Program-made: the position numbers and the translations under genes
Notes under the pieces: model-generated
What the model was told of the DNA's origin: nothing
Seen by the model: only the letters and a program-made list of their open reading frames with translations
The model's database searches: none
In this document: positions 9,102 to 18,315 of the stretch, piece after piece
How positions within the stretch are numbered: position 1 is the stretch's first letter
Layout of the letters: each line of letters opens with the position of its first letter
NCBI GenBank assembly: GCA_029261065.1
Contig: JAJDCB010000029.1
Coordinates: forward strand, 15,448-79,447
From: Candidatus Omnitrophota bacterium
GTDB lineage: Bacteria; Omnitrophota; Gorgyraeia; Zapsychrales; Zapsychraceae
Reading direction: 5' to 3'
Length of the DNA stretch: 64,000 nucleotides

Positions 9102-10571
9102 ATGGATCCGTGGAAAAGTATTTCAGGTTTGTCTCAAGAAGAATGTCGAGCTTCTCAAAGTAAAAAATTACACACCTTTTTAAATCAATATATCTATCCT
9201 TTTAGCCCGCATTACAGAGCACTTTTTGATAAGCATAAAATTAATCCTAAGAAAATTAAAACCATCTCAGATTTAAAGCATATTCCCTTTACATCAAAAG
9301 CAGATTTTGTGGAATCGGATCCAAAAGACTTTGTCTTGCAACCGGATGCCGATAAGATAAAAAAAGCTTGGCCGCTTCCGAAGATATCCCAAATGGCTTT
9401 CCAGAAAATATTTCGTGGTGAGAAATACTTGCAGCATAATCTTTCAAAAGAATTTCGCCCTGTCTTTATGACATTTACAACAGGGACAACGAATAAGCCC
9501 GTGCCATTTTTTTACAGCAACTATGATATTAAAAATTTAGAAACCTCCGGTGCTCGTTTGTTGGGTCTGTTTGATGTGGATCAAAATCAAAAATTCGTTA
9601 ACATGTTTCCCTATGCGCCACATTTGGCTTTTTGGCAAGTTGTTTTAGGTGGGTTTGCTTCTTGTAATTTGATACTCAGTACAGGTGGGGGGAAGGTTAT
9701 GGGGACAGATGGTAATATTGCGGCCATTGAAAAGATGCGACCGACACTTATTTTGGGTGTTCCAAGTTATGTCTATCATGTGCTGCGAACAGCGAAAGAG
9801 CGTGGCATTAACATGGATTATATGAAAAAGATTGTATTAGGGGCTTCAAAGGTAACAACAGCATTTAAGATAAAGCTTGCGCAATTATTAGAGTCTATGG
9901 GAGCGCGTGATGTGTCTGTATTTGGAACTTACGGATTTACAGAGTCGCGAGCAGCATGGGGCGAATGCCCGACAGCGTTAGACATCTCAAGTGGATACCA
10001 TCTTTATTCAGATAAAGAAATTTTTGAGGTTATTGATCCAAAGACAGGGGAAGTTAAAGGAGAAGGTGAAGATGGTGAGTTGGTATATACCTCCCTTGAT
10101 TCGCGCGCGAGCAGTGTTATACGTTATCGCACGGGTGATTTTGTAAAGGGCGGCATTGTTTTTGGTGAATGTCCGCATTGCAAACGTATTACTCTTCGTA
10201 TCTCAAGTGACATTACACGGCTTTCCGATGTGAAAGGTTTAAATCTTTCAAAGGTTAAAGGGTCTTTAGTCAATCTTGGAAATTTTGCAGCGATTTTTTC
10301 TGAACTTGATTTAATTGAAGAATGGCAAATTGAATTGCGTAAAAAAAATAATGATGCTTTTGATATGGATGAGTTAGTTATGTATGTGTGTGCGAAGGAT
10401 AATTGTGTGGAAGAGGAGTTAAGAAACGAAATTGTTAAAGTTATGTCATTAGCAACGGAGGTGTCTCCTAATGAAATTATTTTTGTATCAATGAAAGAGA
10501 TGGTGGCTCGTTTGGAGATTGAAACCGCAAATAAAGAAAAAAGGATTATCGATAATAGGCCAAAGGCTTAG
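9102..10571 (+). CDS. Phenylacetate-CoA ligase-like AMP-forming acyl-CoA ligase
   Basis: TTGTTNKP P-loop, YGFTE, RYRTGD; PaaK-type N-terminus (SPHYR...IPFTSK). Confidence 0.85.
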   Translation: MDPWKSISGLSQEECRASQSKKLHTFLNQYIYPFSPHYRALFDKHKINPKKIKTISDLKHIPFTSKADFVESDPKDFVLQPDADKIKKAWPLPKISQMAFQKIFRGEKYLQHNLSKEFRPVFMTFTTGTTNKPVPFFYSNYDIKNLETSGARLLGLFDVDQNQKFVNMFPYAPHLAFWQVVLGGFASCNLILSTGGGKVMGTDGNIAAIEKMRPTLILGVPSYVYHVLRTAKERGINMDYMKKIVLGASKVTTAFKIKLAQLLESMGARDVSVFGTYGFTESRAAWGECPTALDISSGYHLYSDKEIFEVIDPKTGEVKGEGEDGELVYTSLDSRASSVIRYRTGDFVKGGIVFGECPHCKRITLRISSDITRLSDVKGLNLSKVKGSLVNLGNFAAIFSELDLIEEWQIELRKKNNDAFDMDELVMYVCAKDNCVEEELRNEIVKVMSLATEVSPNEIIFVSMKEMVARLEIETANKEKRIIDNRPKA

Positions 10572-10585
10572 AAGAGGATCACACT

Positions 10586-11872
10586 ATGGAAAAAATAGTT
10601 GTCGTTAATGGAATTCGCACGCCGTTTTGTAAGATGGGAACAGATTTTAATAATCTTTCGGCCCAAGAGTTAGGACGCATTGCCTTAAGAGAGTTGATTG
10701 AACGAACCCCTTTTGAATTGTCTGAATTAGATGAAGTAATCATCGGCTGTGTAGGACAGCCAGCTGATGCTGCTAATTTGGCTCGCGTTGTGGCCCTTTT
10801 AGCAGGGATACCAAACGAAATTCCTGCTTTTACTGTTCATCGTAATTGTGCCTCGGGTATTGAAGCTGCCGTTCAAGCTGCGATAAAAATTAGAGCGAAT
10901 GAGGGGACTTGTTATTATGTCGGTGGAACAGAGTCGATGTCGAACATTCCTTTTTATTTAAAGAAATCTCTGCAAGATCAATTGGCTCTCCTTCAACGGG
11001 CCAAGACAATGGGGCAGCGTCTTAAAATTATGGTGCCTTTTTTTAAGAGATATTTAAATCCGATGGCTTCATTAGAAATTGGTTTGAAACTTGGGTTAAC
11101 TGATCCTGTCTGTGGATTAAATATGGGCCAGACGGCAGAGGTCTTAGCTAAAGAATTTGGAATTACAAGAGAAGAACAGGATGATTTTGCCCTTTTAAGT
11201 CATCAAAGAGCGATTGAGGGACGTGAAGTTTTAAAAGAAGAAATTGTCCCTGTGATTCCTGCTCCCAAATTTAAAAAAGGTGTTGAGTTTGATAATGGAC
11301 CACGTGAAGGACAATCAATGGAAGCGTTACAAAAGTTGCGCCCCTTTTTTGATAGACGCAGTGGGTCGGTGACAGCCGGAAATTCAAGTCAAATTACAGA
11401 TGGTGCAGCGATGTTATTAATCATGACAGAATCCAAGGCGCGCGATCTTAATTTGGAAATTCTTGGAACGATTAAGGAGTTTGCCTTCTCAGGGGTAGAA
11501 CCCAATCGTATGGGCATAGGTCCAGCCCATGCCATTCCAAAAGTTCTAAAAAAAGCTAATATGAAATTATCGGATATTGAAGCTGTCGAAATCAACGAAG
11601 CCTTTGCCGCTCAAGTTCTCGCTTGTCTGCGCGCCCTTGAATCTGATCAATTTACAAAAGATTTTGGTTGCGAGGGATACACAGGTGTCATTGATCCATC
11701 TATTTTAAATGTCAATGGTGGCGCGATTGCATTAGGACATCCCGTTGGAACAACAGGAGCGCGATTGATTTTAACAATGTTGAAACATTTAGAACGTAAA
11801 AATCTTAACACCGGTTTAGTATCGTTGTGTATTGGTGGCGGTCAAGGGGCTGCTGTCATTCTTGAGCGTTAG
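10586..11872 (+). CDS. Acetyl-CoA C-acyltransferase (3-ketoacyl-CoA thiolase, FadA/FadI type)
   Basis: RNCASG, INEAF, GHPVG, CIGGGQG motifs. Confidence 0.95.
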   Translation: MEKIVVVNGIRTPFCKMGTDFNNLSAQELGRIALRELIERTPFELSELDEVIIGCVGQPADAANLARVVALLAGIPNEIPAFTVHRNCASGIEAAVQAAIKIRANEGTCYYVGGTESMSNIPFYLKKSLQDQLALLQRAKTMGQRLKIMVPFFKRYLNPMASLEIGLKLGLTDPVCGLNMGQTAEVLAKEFGITREEQDDFALLSHQRAIEGREVLKEEIVPVIPAPKFKKGVEFDNGPREGQSMEALQKLRPFFDRRSGSVTAGNSSQITDGAAMLLIMTESKARDLNLEILGTIKEFAFSGVEPNRMGIGPAHAIPKVLKKANMKLSDIEAVEINEAFAAQVLACLRALESDQFTKDFGCEGYTGVIDPSILNVNGGAIALGHPVGTTGARLILTMLKHLERKNLNTGLVSLCIGGGQGAAVILER

Positions 11873-11880
11873 GGTAAGAA

Positions 11881-12087
11881 TAACCAAGGTACAAGATACA
11901 AGAAATCCCACCTATGGGTGGGATCCCGCTTTTAGCGGGGCAAAAAAGAGACAATAACCAATAAACAAAAATAAAATGTTTGGTTATTTAATTATTGGGT
12001 TTTGATTATTTTTTGCCCGGCATCTAGAGATGCCGAGGTCCCGCCAACGGCGGGATATCTTGTAACTTGTTTCTTGTATCTTTGTTA
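11881..12087. repeat. Composite nested palindromic element (MITE/REP-like)
   Basis: 22-bp terminal IR (19/22) built from ACAAGAT-type 7-mers, four GC-rich hairpins and an inner GGGCAAAAAA/TTTTTTGCCC stem. Confidence 0.8.
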
Positions 12088-12117
12088 AACTATTAAAAGT
12101 ATAAAAAGGATTCGATT

Positions 12118-14253
12118 ATGGGTTTAACGTATAACGAGAAAAATAATGTTGGTGTTATTGTTTTTGATCATGACGATTCAAAGGTGAATATACTTAGTTC
12201 AGATGTGATTAAACAGTTATCAGCTGCACTTGATCAGTTAAAGGATAGAGAAGATCTTACGGCGTTGTTAATTGTGAGTATGAAAAAAGATGTTTTTATT
12301 GCTGGGGCAGATATTAAAGAAATTGAAAAGATTGTGGAGCCGGATGATGGTGCAAAGAAAGCCAAGGCCGGACAAGATGTCTTAAACAAAATTGAAGAAT
12401 TACATTTTCCAACGATTGCAGTGATCGACGGTGTTGCTTTAGGGGGCGGCTGTGAGTTAGCCTTAGCGTGTGATTATCGCTTGGCCACATTTAATCCAAA
12501 AGTGCGTATTGGTTTGCCGGAAGTTAACCTTGGTTTTATTCCTGGTTTTGGTGGGACGTATCGATTACCGCGCATTGTTGGATTGCAAGAAGCGCTAAAG
12601 ATGATTTTAGCTGGTCGTCCCATTGACGGTGCTAAAGCGTTAAAGATTGGATTATTTGATAAAATTGTTACCCAAAAAGGATTGGATCAGCATATTGAAG
12701 AGTTTGTAAAAGATATCACAGAGGGGAAGTTAAAAAAATCAAAATATGAACGACGCAAAAAGAAAAAAGGGTTTCCCGGGTTTTTAGATCATAACCCCAT
12801 AGGTAATAGGATCGTTTTTGATCAATCCCGAAAAAATGTCTTAAAGCTAACGAAAGGCTTTTATCCAGCCCCCTTAAAAGCTGTTGATGTTGTTGCCTCT
12901 AATTTTTATATGGATCGTAAACGTGGACTTGCCTTAGAGGCTCGTGGGTTTGGCGAGTTGGCTGTTACGGACATTTCAAAAAATTTGGTTTACATTTTTT
13001 ATTTATCCGAAAAATATCGTAAACTTTCCATTAAGGGAACAGAGTCTATCAAACCAGCTAACATTACGAAATGTGGCGTTCTTGGGGCCGGTGTTATGGG
13101 GGGCGGAATAGCGCAGTTATTAAGTTCAAAAGGAATATGGACACGTATGAAAGATATTAGTCTTGATGCGATTGCAAAAGGTTTTCAGGCCGCTGGAAAA
13201 GTTTATACTCAAGCTGTGAAAAAAAGAAAATTGACTAAGGCGGTTGCTGCCGAACGAATGGCCCATATAACAGGCTCTCTTGATTACTCTGGGTTTGCAA
13301 ATGCTGATTATGTGATTGAAGCTGTTGTGGAGAATATGGATATTAAAAAAAGTGTTTTTAAGGAGTTAAGTGAGAAGTGTTCAGAGCATACGATACTTGC
13401 GAGTAATACCTCCGCATTAAGTGTTACCGAAATGTCTTTAGAAGTTAAAGACCCCTCCAAGGTCATTGGATTTCATTTTTTTAATCCCGTGCATCGTATG
13501 CCGTTAGTTGAAATTATTACAACAGCTCAAACATCCAATGAAACTTTGGTGACTAGTTTAGCTTTAGTGAAACGGTTGGGTAAAACGCCTATTGTTGTTA
13601 AAGATTCCCCTGGATTTATTGTTAATCGTATTTTGTTAGGTTATATCTGCGAAGCTGGACACATTTTAGAGGAGACAGGAGAGTTAGAAGAGGTGGACCT
13701 TGTTATGACAGATTTTGGTATGCCCATGGGGCCTTTTCTTCTTTCAGATGAGGTTGGTTTAGATGTAGGGCTTAAGGTTATGCATATTTTGGAAGAAAGT
13801 TTTGGTAAGCGTTTTAAAGCAGCTTCAATATTTGAGAAGATTTTGGAGACTGGTAAATTGGGAAAAAAATCTGGTAAGGGGTTTTATGATCACACCATAA
13901 AAGATCGACAGGTTAATACAGAGGTTTGGGATTTAATGGATTCACAGTTCACAAGATTGGATAAGCAGGAGTGTTTGGATCGTTTGGTACTAACTATGAT
14001 TAATGAGGCAGCTAAGTGTCTTGAAGAAAAGATTGTCGAAGATCCTGGTGCTATCGATGTAGGTATGATTTTTGGGACAGGCTTTCCTCCTTTTAAGGGT
14101 GGCTTACTTAAATATGCCGATTCCTTAGGAATTGCGCATGTTGTAGATCAATTAGAGAAACTTCAAAAAGAATTAGAGGCTGAACGTTTTGCTCCTTGCC
14201 AATATCTTCTTAATTTAAAAAATCAAAATAAGACTTTTTTTGCAAAAGATTAA
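12118..14253 (+). CDS. fadJ: Fatty acid oxidation multifunctional enzyme (enoyl-CoA hydratase/3-hydroxyacyl-CoA dehydrogenase), FadJ/FadB type
   Basis: FIAGADI, GGGCELALACD, PEVNLG, GAGVMGGGIA, ASNTS, HFFNP, PMGP motifs. Confidence 0.93.
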   Translation: MGLTYNEKNNVGVIVFDHDDSKVNILSSDVIKQLSAALDQLKDREDLTALLIVSMKKDVFIAGADIKEIEKIVEPDDGAKKAKAGQDVLNKIEELHFPTIAVIDGVALGGGCELALACDYRLATFNPKVRIGLPEVNLGFIPGFGGTYRLPRIVGLQEALKMILAGRPIDGAKALKIGLFDKIVTQKGLDQHIEEFVKDITEGKLKKSKYERRKKKKGFPGFLDHNPIGNRIVFDQSRKNVLKLTKGFYPAPLKAVDVVASNFYMDRKRGLALEARGFGELAVTDISKNLVYIFYLSEKYRKLSIKGTESIKPANITKCGVLGAGVMGGGIAQLLSSKGIWTRMKDISLDAIAKGFQAAGKVYTQAVKKRKLTKAVAAERMAHITGSLDYSGFANADYVIEAVVENMDIKKSVFKELSEKCSEHTILASNTSALSVTEMSLEVKDPSKVIGFHFFNPVHRMPLVEIITTAQTSNETLVTSLALVKRLGKTPIVVKDSPGFIVNRILLGYICEAGHILEETGELEEVDLVMTDFGMPMGPFLLSDEVGLDVGLKVMHILEESFGKRFKAASIFEKILETGKLGKKSGKGFYDHTIKDRQVNTEVWDLMDSQFTRLDKQECLDRLVLTMINEAAKCLEEKIVEDPGAIDVGMIFGTGFPPFKGGLLKYADSLGIAHVVDQLEKLQKELEAERFAPCQYLLNLKNQNKTFFAKD

Positions 14254-14332
14254 ATATTACAAAAATTTGCAAAAATGATGAATTGTATTAGAATATTGTA
14301 ATCAAAAAATTATGAATAAGGAATCTTTCTAA

Positions 14333-14914
14333 ATGGGAATATCAAAACATAAACGTTTAACTCTGCTTTATTATCTTGTGACTTCTTTGGCTGTGCTTGT
14401 TTCTGCCTTGACGATTTATATGCATATCACAAAAGATGATGAGGATTATTCCGTTTTTGTTAATGAGGATGTTGGTGTAAGTATTAAATATCCAACAGAT
14501 TGGGATATTCAAGAATATATTCAAAATACAGTTGTTACTTTTATTTCACCTTATGATAGTGAAATTGATACTGTTTTAGAAAATTGTAATGTTGTTGTAG
14601 AACCTATACCACCAAGAACGACGAACTTAGATGAATATACCGAGCTGATTAAAAATCAAATGAATTCTGTGTTTAAGCATTATATTGAAGTAAAAGAATC
14701 TAAAAGTATCCGCTTTGGAGGGCGCCGTGGTCATCGTTATATATATGCAGGCCGGTCACCTGAAGAAGGGGCCCAACAATATCAGTATATTCTTAACTGG
14801 ACCGTTTATGATGGGCTAGGTTATCAATTCACATGTGTTACTATCGAAGAAGATTTTCCTCTTTTCGAGAGAACATTTAATTCCATGCGAAAGTCGTTTA
14901 AAATTTTAAAATAA
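14333..14914 (+). CDS. Membrane-anchored PsbP/DcrB-like fold protein
   Basis: N-terminal TM, SIKYPTDW, C-terminal F..M.KSFK. Confidence 0.65.
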   Translation: MGISKHKRLTLLYYLVTSLAVLVSALTIYMHITKDDEDYSVFVNEDVGVSIKYPTDWDIQEYIQNTVVTFISPYDSEIDTVLENCNVVVEPIPPRTTNLDEYTELIKNQMNSVFKHYIEVKESKSIRFGGRRGHRYIYAGRSPEEGAQQYQYILNWTVYDGLGYQFTCVTIEEDFPLFERTFNSMRKSFKILK

Positions 14915-15967
14915 ATGGTTAGTTTTACTCAAAATATAGATAAACCATCCGAGATACCTTTGTGCCCAGTGTTTGGTGAGTGTGGGGGGTGTAAGTATCA
15001 GGATGTTTTGTACGAAGAAGAGTTGAAAATTAAAGAAACTCAACTTAAAGAGCTATTTAAATCTGATTTCGCTTGTGATGAAAAATTATTTGAACCTATC
15101 GTTGGATCGGTTGATCATTATTGGTATCGTAATCGTTTAGATTTAAAGCTTATTAAAACAAAGGATGATCGTGTATTGATAGGTTTTACACCTTTGTCTG
15201 GACGAGGAATTATCCCTGTAGACGCCTGTCCTATTGCAATGAAACCTATCAGTGAATTTATTCCTGAATTAAAGGTTGAGGCAATTAAGAAATTGGGTCT
15301 TAAATATCGAAGAGCTAATTTAGTCGTAAGGACTGGCGAAGAATTAAAGGTTCGTTGGGGTGGTGTGGGGCGGCGCTCTTGTCAGCTATCCGAAGATGAA
15401 TATTTTTATATAAAAATTAATAATCGGAAAATCTTTTATTCTTTAGATACTTTTTTTCAAGCCAACCTTTCCATTCTTCCTAAATTATTTGAATACTTAA
15501 AAACGCTTCCCTTTATATCAAAGGAGTCGATATTTTTTGATCTTTATGGTGGAGTAGGTTTGTTTTCCGTTGGATTATATGATTTTTTTCAACATGTTGT
15601 CCTCATAGAAGATAGTTCGCAATCGGTAACTCTGGCTAATTATAATAAAACTTACCATCAACTTAATAATTTGACGATTATTGAAGGTCGGGTGGAGGAT
15701 GTATTAAGCCGGCAATTAGACAAATGCTCTCATAATTCATTAGTTGCGATGATTGATCCTCCACGTGCTGGCTTATCAAAAGAGGCAAAGAGTGTTTTAA
15801 CAGAAAAAAAAGCGTTTAAACATTTGCTATATCTATCATGCAATCCTGAGTCATTGGTTCGTGATTTAAAAGAGTTGGGTGAGGCGGGTTGGGCAATGAA
15901 GAAGATTATTCCTTTTGATTTTTTTCCGCGAACGAAACATCTAGAAACGTTGGTTATCTTAGAGTAG
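14915..15967 (+). CDS. RNA (uracil-C5)-methyltransferase, RlmD/TrmA family (no TRAM domain)
   Basis: CPVFGECGGC Fe-S motif, FFQAN, DLYGGVG, DPPRAG, YLSCNP, DFFPRTKHLE. Confidence 0.9.
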   Translation: MVSFTQNIDKPSEIPLCPVFGECGGCKYQDVLYEEELKIKETQLKELFKSDFACDEKLFEPIVGSVDHYWYRNRLDLKLIKTKDDRVLIGFTPLSGRGIIPVDACPIAMKPISEFIPELKVEAIKKLGLKYRRANLVVRTGEELKVRWGGVGRRSCQLSEDEYFYIKINNRKIFYSLDTFFQANLSILPKLFEYLKTLPFISKESIFFDLYGGVGLFSVGLYDFFQHVVLIEDSSQSVTLANYNKTYHQLNNLTIIEGRVEDVLSRQLDKCSHNSLVAMIDPPRAGLSKEAKSVLTEKKAFKHLLYLSCNPESLVRDLKELGEAGWAMKKIIPFDFFPRTKHLETLVILE

Positions 15968-15973
15968 GTTTAT

Positions 15974-16261
15974 ATGAAAGAGGAAAAAATTCCTTATGAT
16001 AAACAAATTTTTGTTTGCACGCATGATTTAAAAGGTGAGAAACCGAGCTGTGGTGACCACCAAGGCGCTGCGATATTCAAAGAATTAAGGCGCGTGGCTA
16101 AGGAGAAAGGATTGCATCCTAGGATACGTGTTGCGCAAGCCACATGCCTTGGGCAATGTGATAGTGGTACCTCTATTATGGTCTATCCCGATGACATTTG
16201 GTTTAAAAACGTTCAATTAAAGGATGTGGATGAGCTTATTAAAAAATTTTTTCCTGAGTGA
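15974..16261 (+). CDS. Thioredoxin-like [2Fe-2S] ferredoxin
   Basis: IFVCT...SC and CLGQC...VYPD.IW motifs. Confidence 0.9.
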   Translation: MKEEKIPYDKQIFVCTHDLKGEKPSCGDHQGAAIFKELRRVAKEKGLHPRIRVAQATCLGQCDSGTSIMVYPDDIWFKNVQLKDVDELIKKFFPE

Positions 16262-16394
16262 AATGTTCCTCGTCAGATTATCCTTCATTTGCCCCTTCCT
16301 AAAGTTATAAAATAATCCATTTGTTGATTCTAAAAGTATATATTCTGTAATAAAATACTATCATTATTAATATCTCTCACAAGGAGAAAGACTT

Positions 16395-18236
16395 ATGAGC
16401 ATGTATGACAAAAATATCAGTAAAGAAAAATTAGCATCGTTAGAATTTGCAGAAGAACAACGCCAAGCCGAATGGACCCATCCTAGCTTTGCTTTACAGT
16501 TATTTCATGGAAATCCGGATTGGTCTTTAATACATCCATTTCCCAGACAATCGGAGGCTGAGAAAAAAGAGGGTGATGAATTATTAAAAAAATTTGAAGA
16601 TTTCTTGCGCCAAAATTTAGATCCTAATGAGGTGGATAAGACAGGGATTATTCCAGAACATGTGATGAAGGGGCTTGGAGAGTTGGGTGGTTTTGCTATT
16701 AAGATTCCAAAAGAATACGGAGGTTTAGGTCAGGGGCAGACAAATTATAATCGTATCATGCATTTGGTATCTAGTTATTGTGGTTCAACGGCCGTGTTAA
16801 TGAGTGCTCATCAAAGTATTGGAGTTCCTCAACCTTTAAAATTGTTTGGGACAGATGAACAAAAGAAAAAATATTTTCCTATGTTTGCTAAGGGTGCTGT
16901 TTCTGCTTTTGCTCTCACAGAACCTACGGCAGGTTCTGATCCAAGACAGATGTTAACAACCGCAACTCCTATTGAGGATGGAAAGTTTTTTCTTATCAAT
17001 GGAGAAAAATTGTGGTGTACTAATGGTCCAGCGGCTGATGTTATTGTTGTTATGGCGGTAACACCTCCGAAGATTAAAAAGGGCAAAGAGATTAAGCAAA
17101 TTACGGCGTTTATAGTTGACACCAACTCTCCAGGTTTTGAAGTGGTTCAACGTTGTAGATTTATGGGGTTAAATGGTATTCAAAATGGTTTGTTACGTTT
17201 TAAAGATTTAAAAGTTCCACGTGAAAATATAATTTTAGGTGAGGGAGAAGGTTTAAAGTTAGCTTTAACAACACTAAACACAGGGCGATTAACATTGCCT
17301 GCGGCATCCGTTGGGATTAGTAAATGGTGTTTGTATGTATCGCGTGAGTGGTCATCGCAAAGAAAGCAATGGGGGGCGAATATTGGTGAACATGAAAGTG
17401 TTGCTTTGAAGTTAGGTTATATGGCGAGTCATACCTTTGCTATGGATGCGATGACATGGATCACCGCTGCGATGGCTGATGATAAATCCAAAGATATTCG
17501 TATTGAAGCTGCGATTGCAAAATATTTTTGCACCTTTCATGCATGGATCATTGTTGATGAAACCCTTCAAATCAGAGGGGGCCAAGGTTATGAAACGCAT
17601 GATTCTTTAAAATCGCGCGGCATGGAAAGTTGGCCGGTAGAGCGCGTTTTAAGGGATGTTCGTATCAATTTAATTATTGAAGGAACAACAGAAATTATGC
17701 ATCTGTTTATTGCGCGAGAAGCGTTGGATCCTTATTTAAGTAAAGTTATTCCTTTAATGAGTCCGAAAACAAATATCTTTAAGAAATTGGGAATTGTCTT
17801 TGGAATGGGCTTAGGTTATTTTAAGTTATGGTTACCTAATTTAACGCAAGTCGATGAGATCGATGAAACCTTAACAGAACATATGGTCTATGTGCAGGAT
17901 GTCAGTAAACGTTTAGGTCGAGAAATTTTCCACAATATGACACGTTATCAAAAGAAACTCGAATCTCATCAAGCGATCCTAAATCGTATTGTTGATATTG
18001 GAACTGAGTTATTTGCGATGGCGACAACCTGCTCGTATGCCGATATGCTTATGAAAGAGGATAAGGATAAAGAAGGCGCTCTTGAACTTGCTGATCTTTT
18101 TTGTAAAGCAGCAAGAAAACGCATTGATGCAGCCTTTGATGAAAATTCTAATAATTTTGATAAAGAAAGTATTGCCGTTTCAAAACAAGTTTTGTCTGGA
18201 AAATTGAAGTGGATGGAAACAGAAATAATGACATAA
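16395..18236 (+). CDS. Acyl-CoA dehydrogenase (long, VLCAD/FadE-like)
   Basis: AFALTEPTAGSD, NGEKLWCTNG, LNTGR, RDVRINLIIEGTTEI. Confidence 0.95.
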   Translation: MSMYDKNISKEKLASLEFAEEQRQAEWTHPSFALQLFHGNPDWSLIHPFPRQSEAEKKEGDELLKKFEDFLRQNLDPNEVDKTGIIPEHVMKGLGELGGFAIKIPKEYGGLGQGQTNYNRIMHLVSSYCGSTAVLMSAHQSIGVPQPLKLFGTDEQKKKYFPMFAKGAVSAFALTEPTAGSDPRQMLTTATPIEDGKFFLINGEKLWCTNGPAADVIVVMAVTPPKIKKGKEIKQITAFIVDTNSPGFEVVQRCRFMGLNGIQNGLLRFKDLKVPRENIILGEGEGLKLALTTLNTGRLTLPAASVGISKWCLYVSREWSSQRKQWGANIGEHESVALKLGYMASHTFAMDAMTWITAAMADDKSKDIRIEAAIAKYFCTFHAWIIVDETLQIRGGQGYETHDSLKSRGMESWPVERVLRDVRINLIIEGTTEIMHLFIAREALDPYLSKVIPLMSPKTNIFKKLGIVFGMGLGYFKLWLPNLTQVDEIDETLTEHMVYVQDVSKRLGREIFHNMTRYQKKLESHQAILNRIVDIGTELFAMATTCSYADMLMKEDKDKEGALELADLFCKAARKRIDAAFDENSNNFDKESIAVSKQVLSGKLKWMETEIMT

Positions 18237-18315
18237 TTTTCACCCGGCGTCTTTTTGACGTTGAGGTGTTATCTCTGCCTTTTTAGCGGCGGTGAGTTAT
18301 AAGGCTTTAGTGACC

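Noticed and set aside
11881-12087. CRISPR array or IS element
   Set aside because: No repeat-spacer periodicity, and no cas or transposase gene.
16259-16315. Selenocysteine read-through at the ferredoxin TGA, prompted by the selenodomain-associated families nearby
   Set aside because: The protein is already complete, the TGA is not at a Cys position and no SECIS-like hairpin follows; ArsM and both rSAMs use Cys codons.
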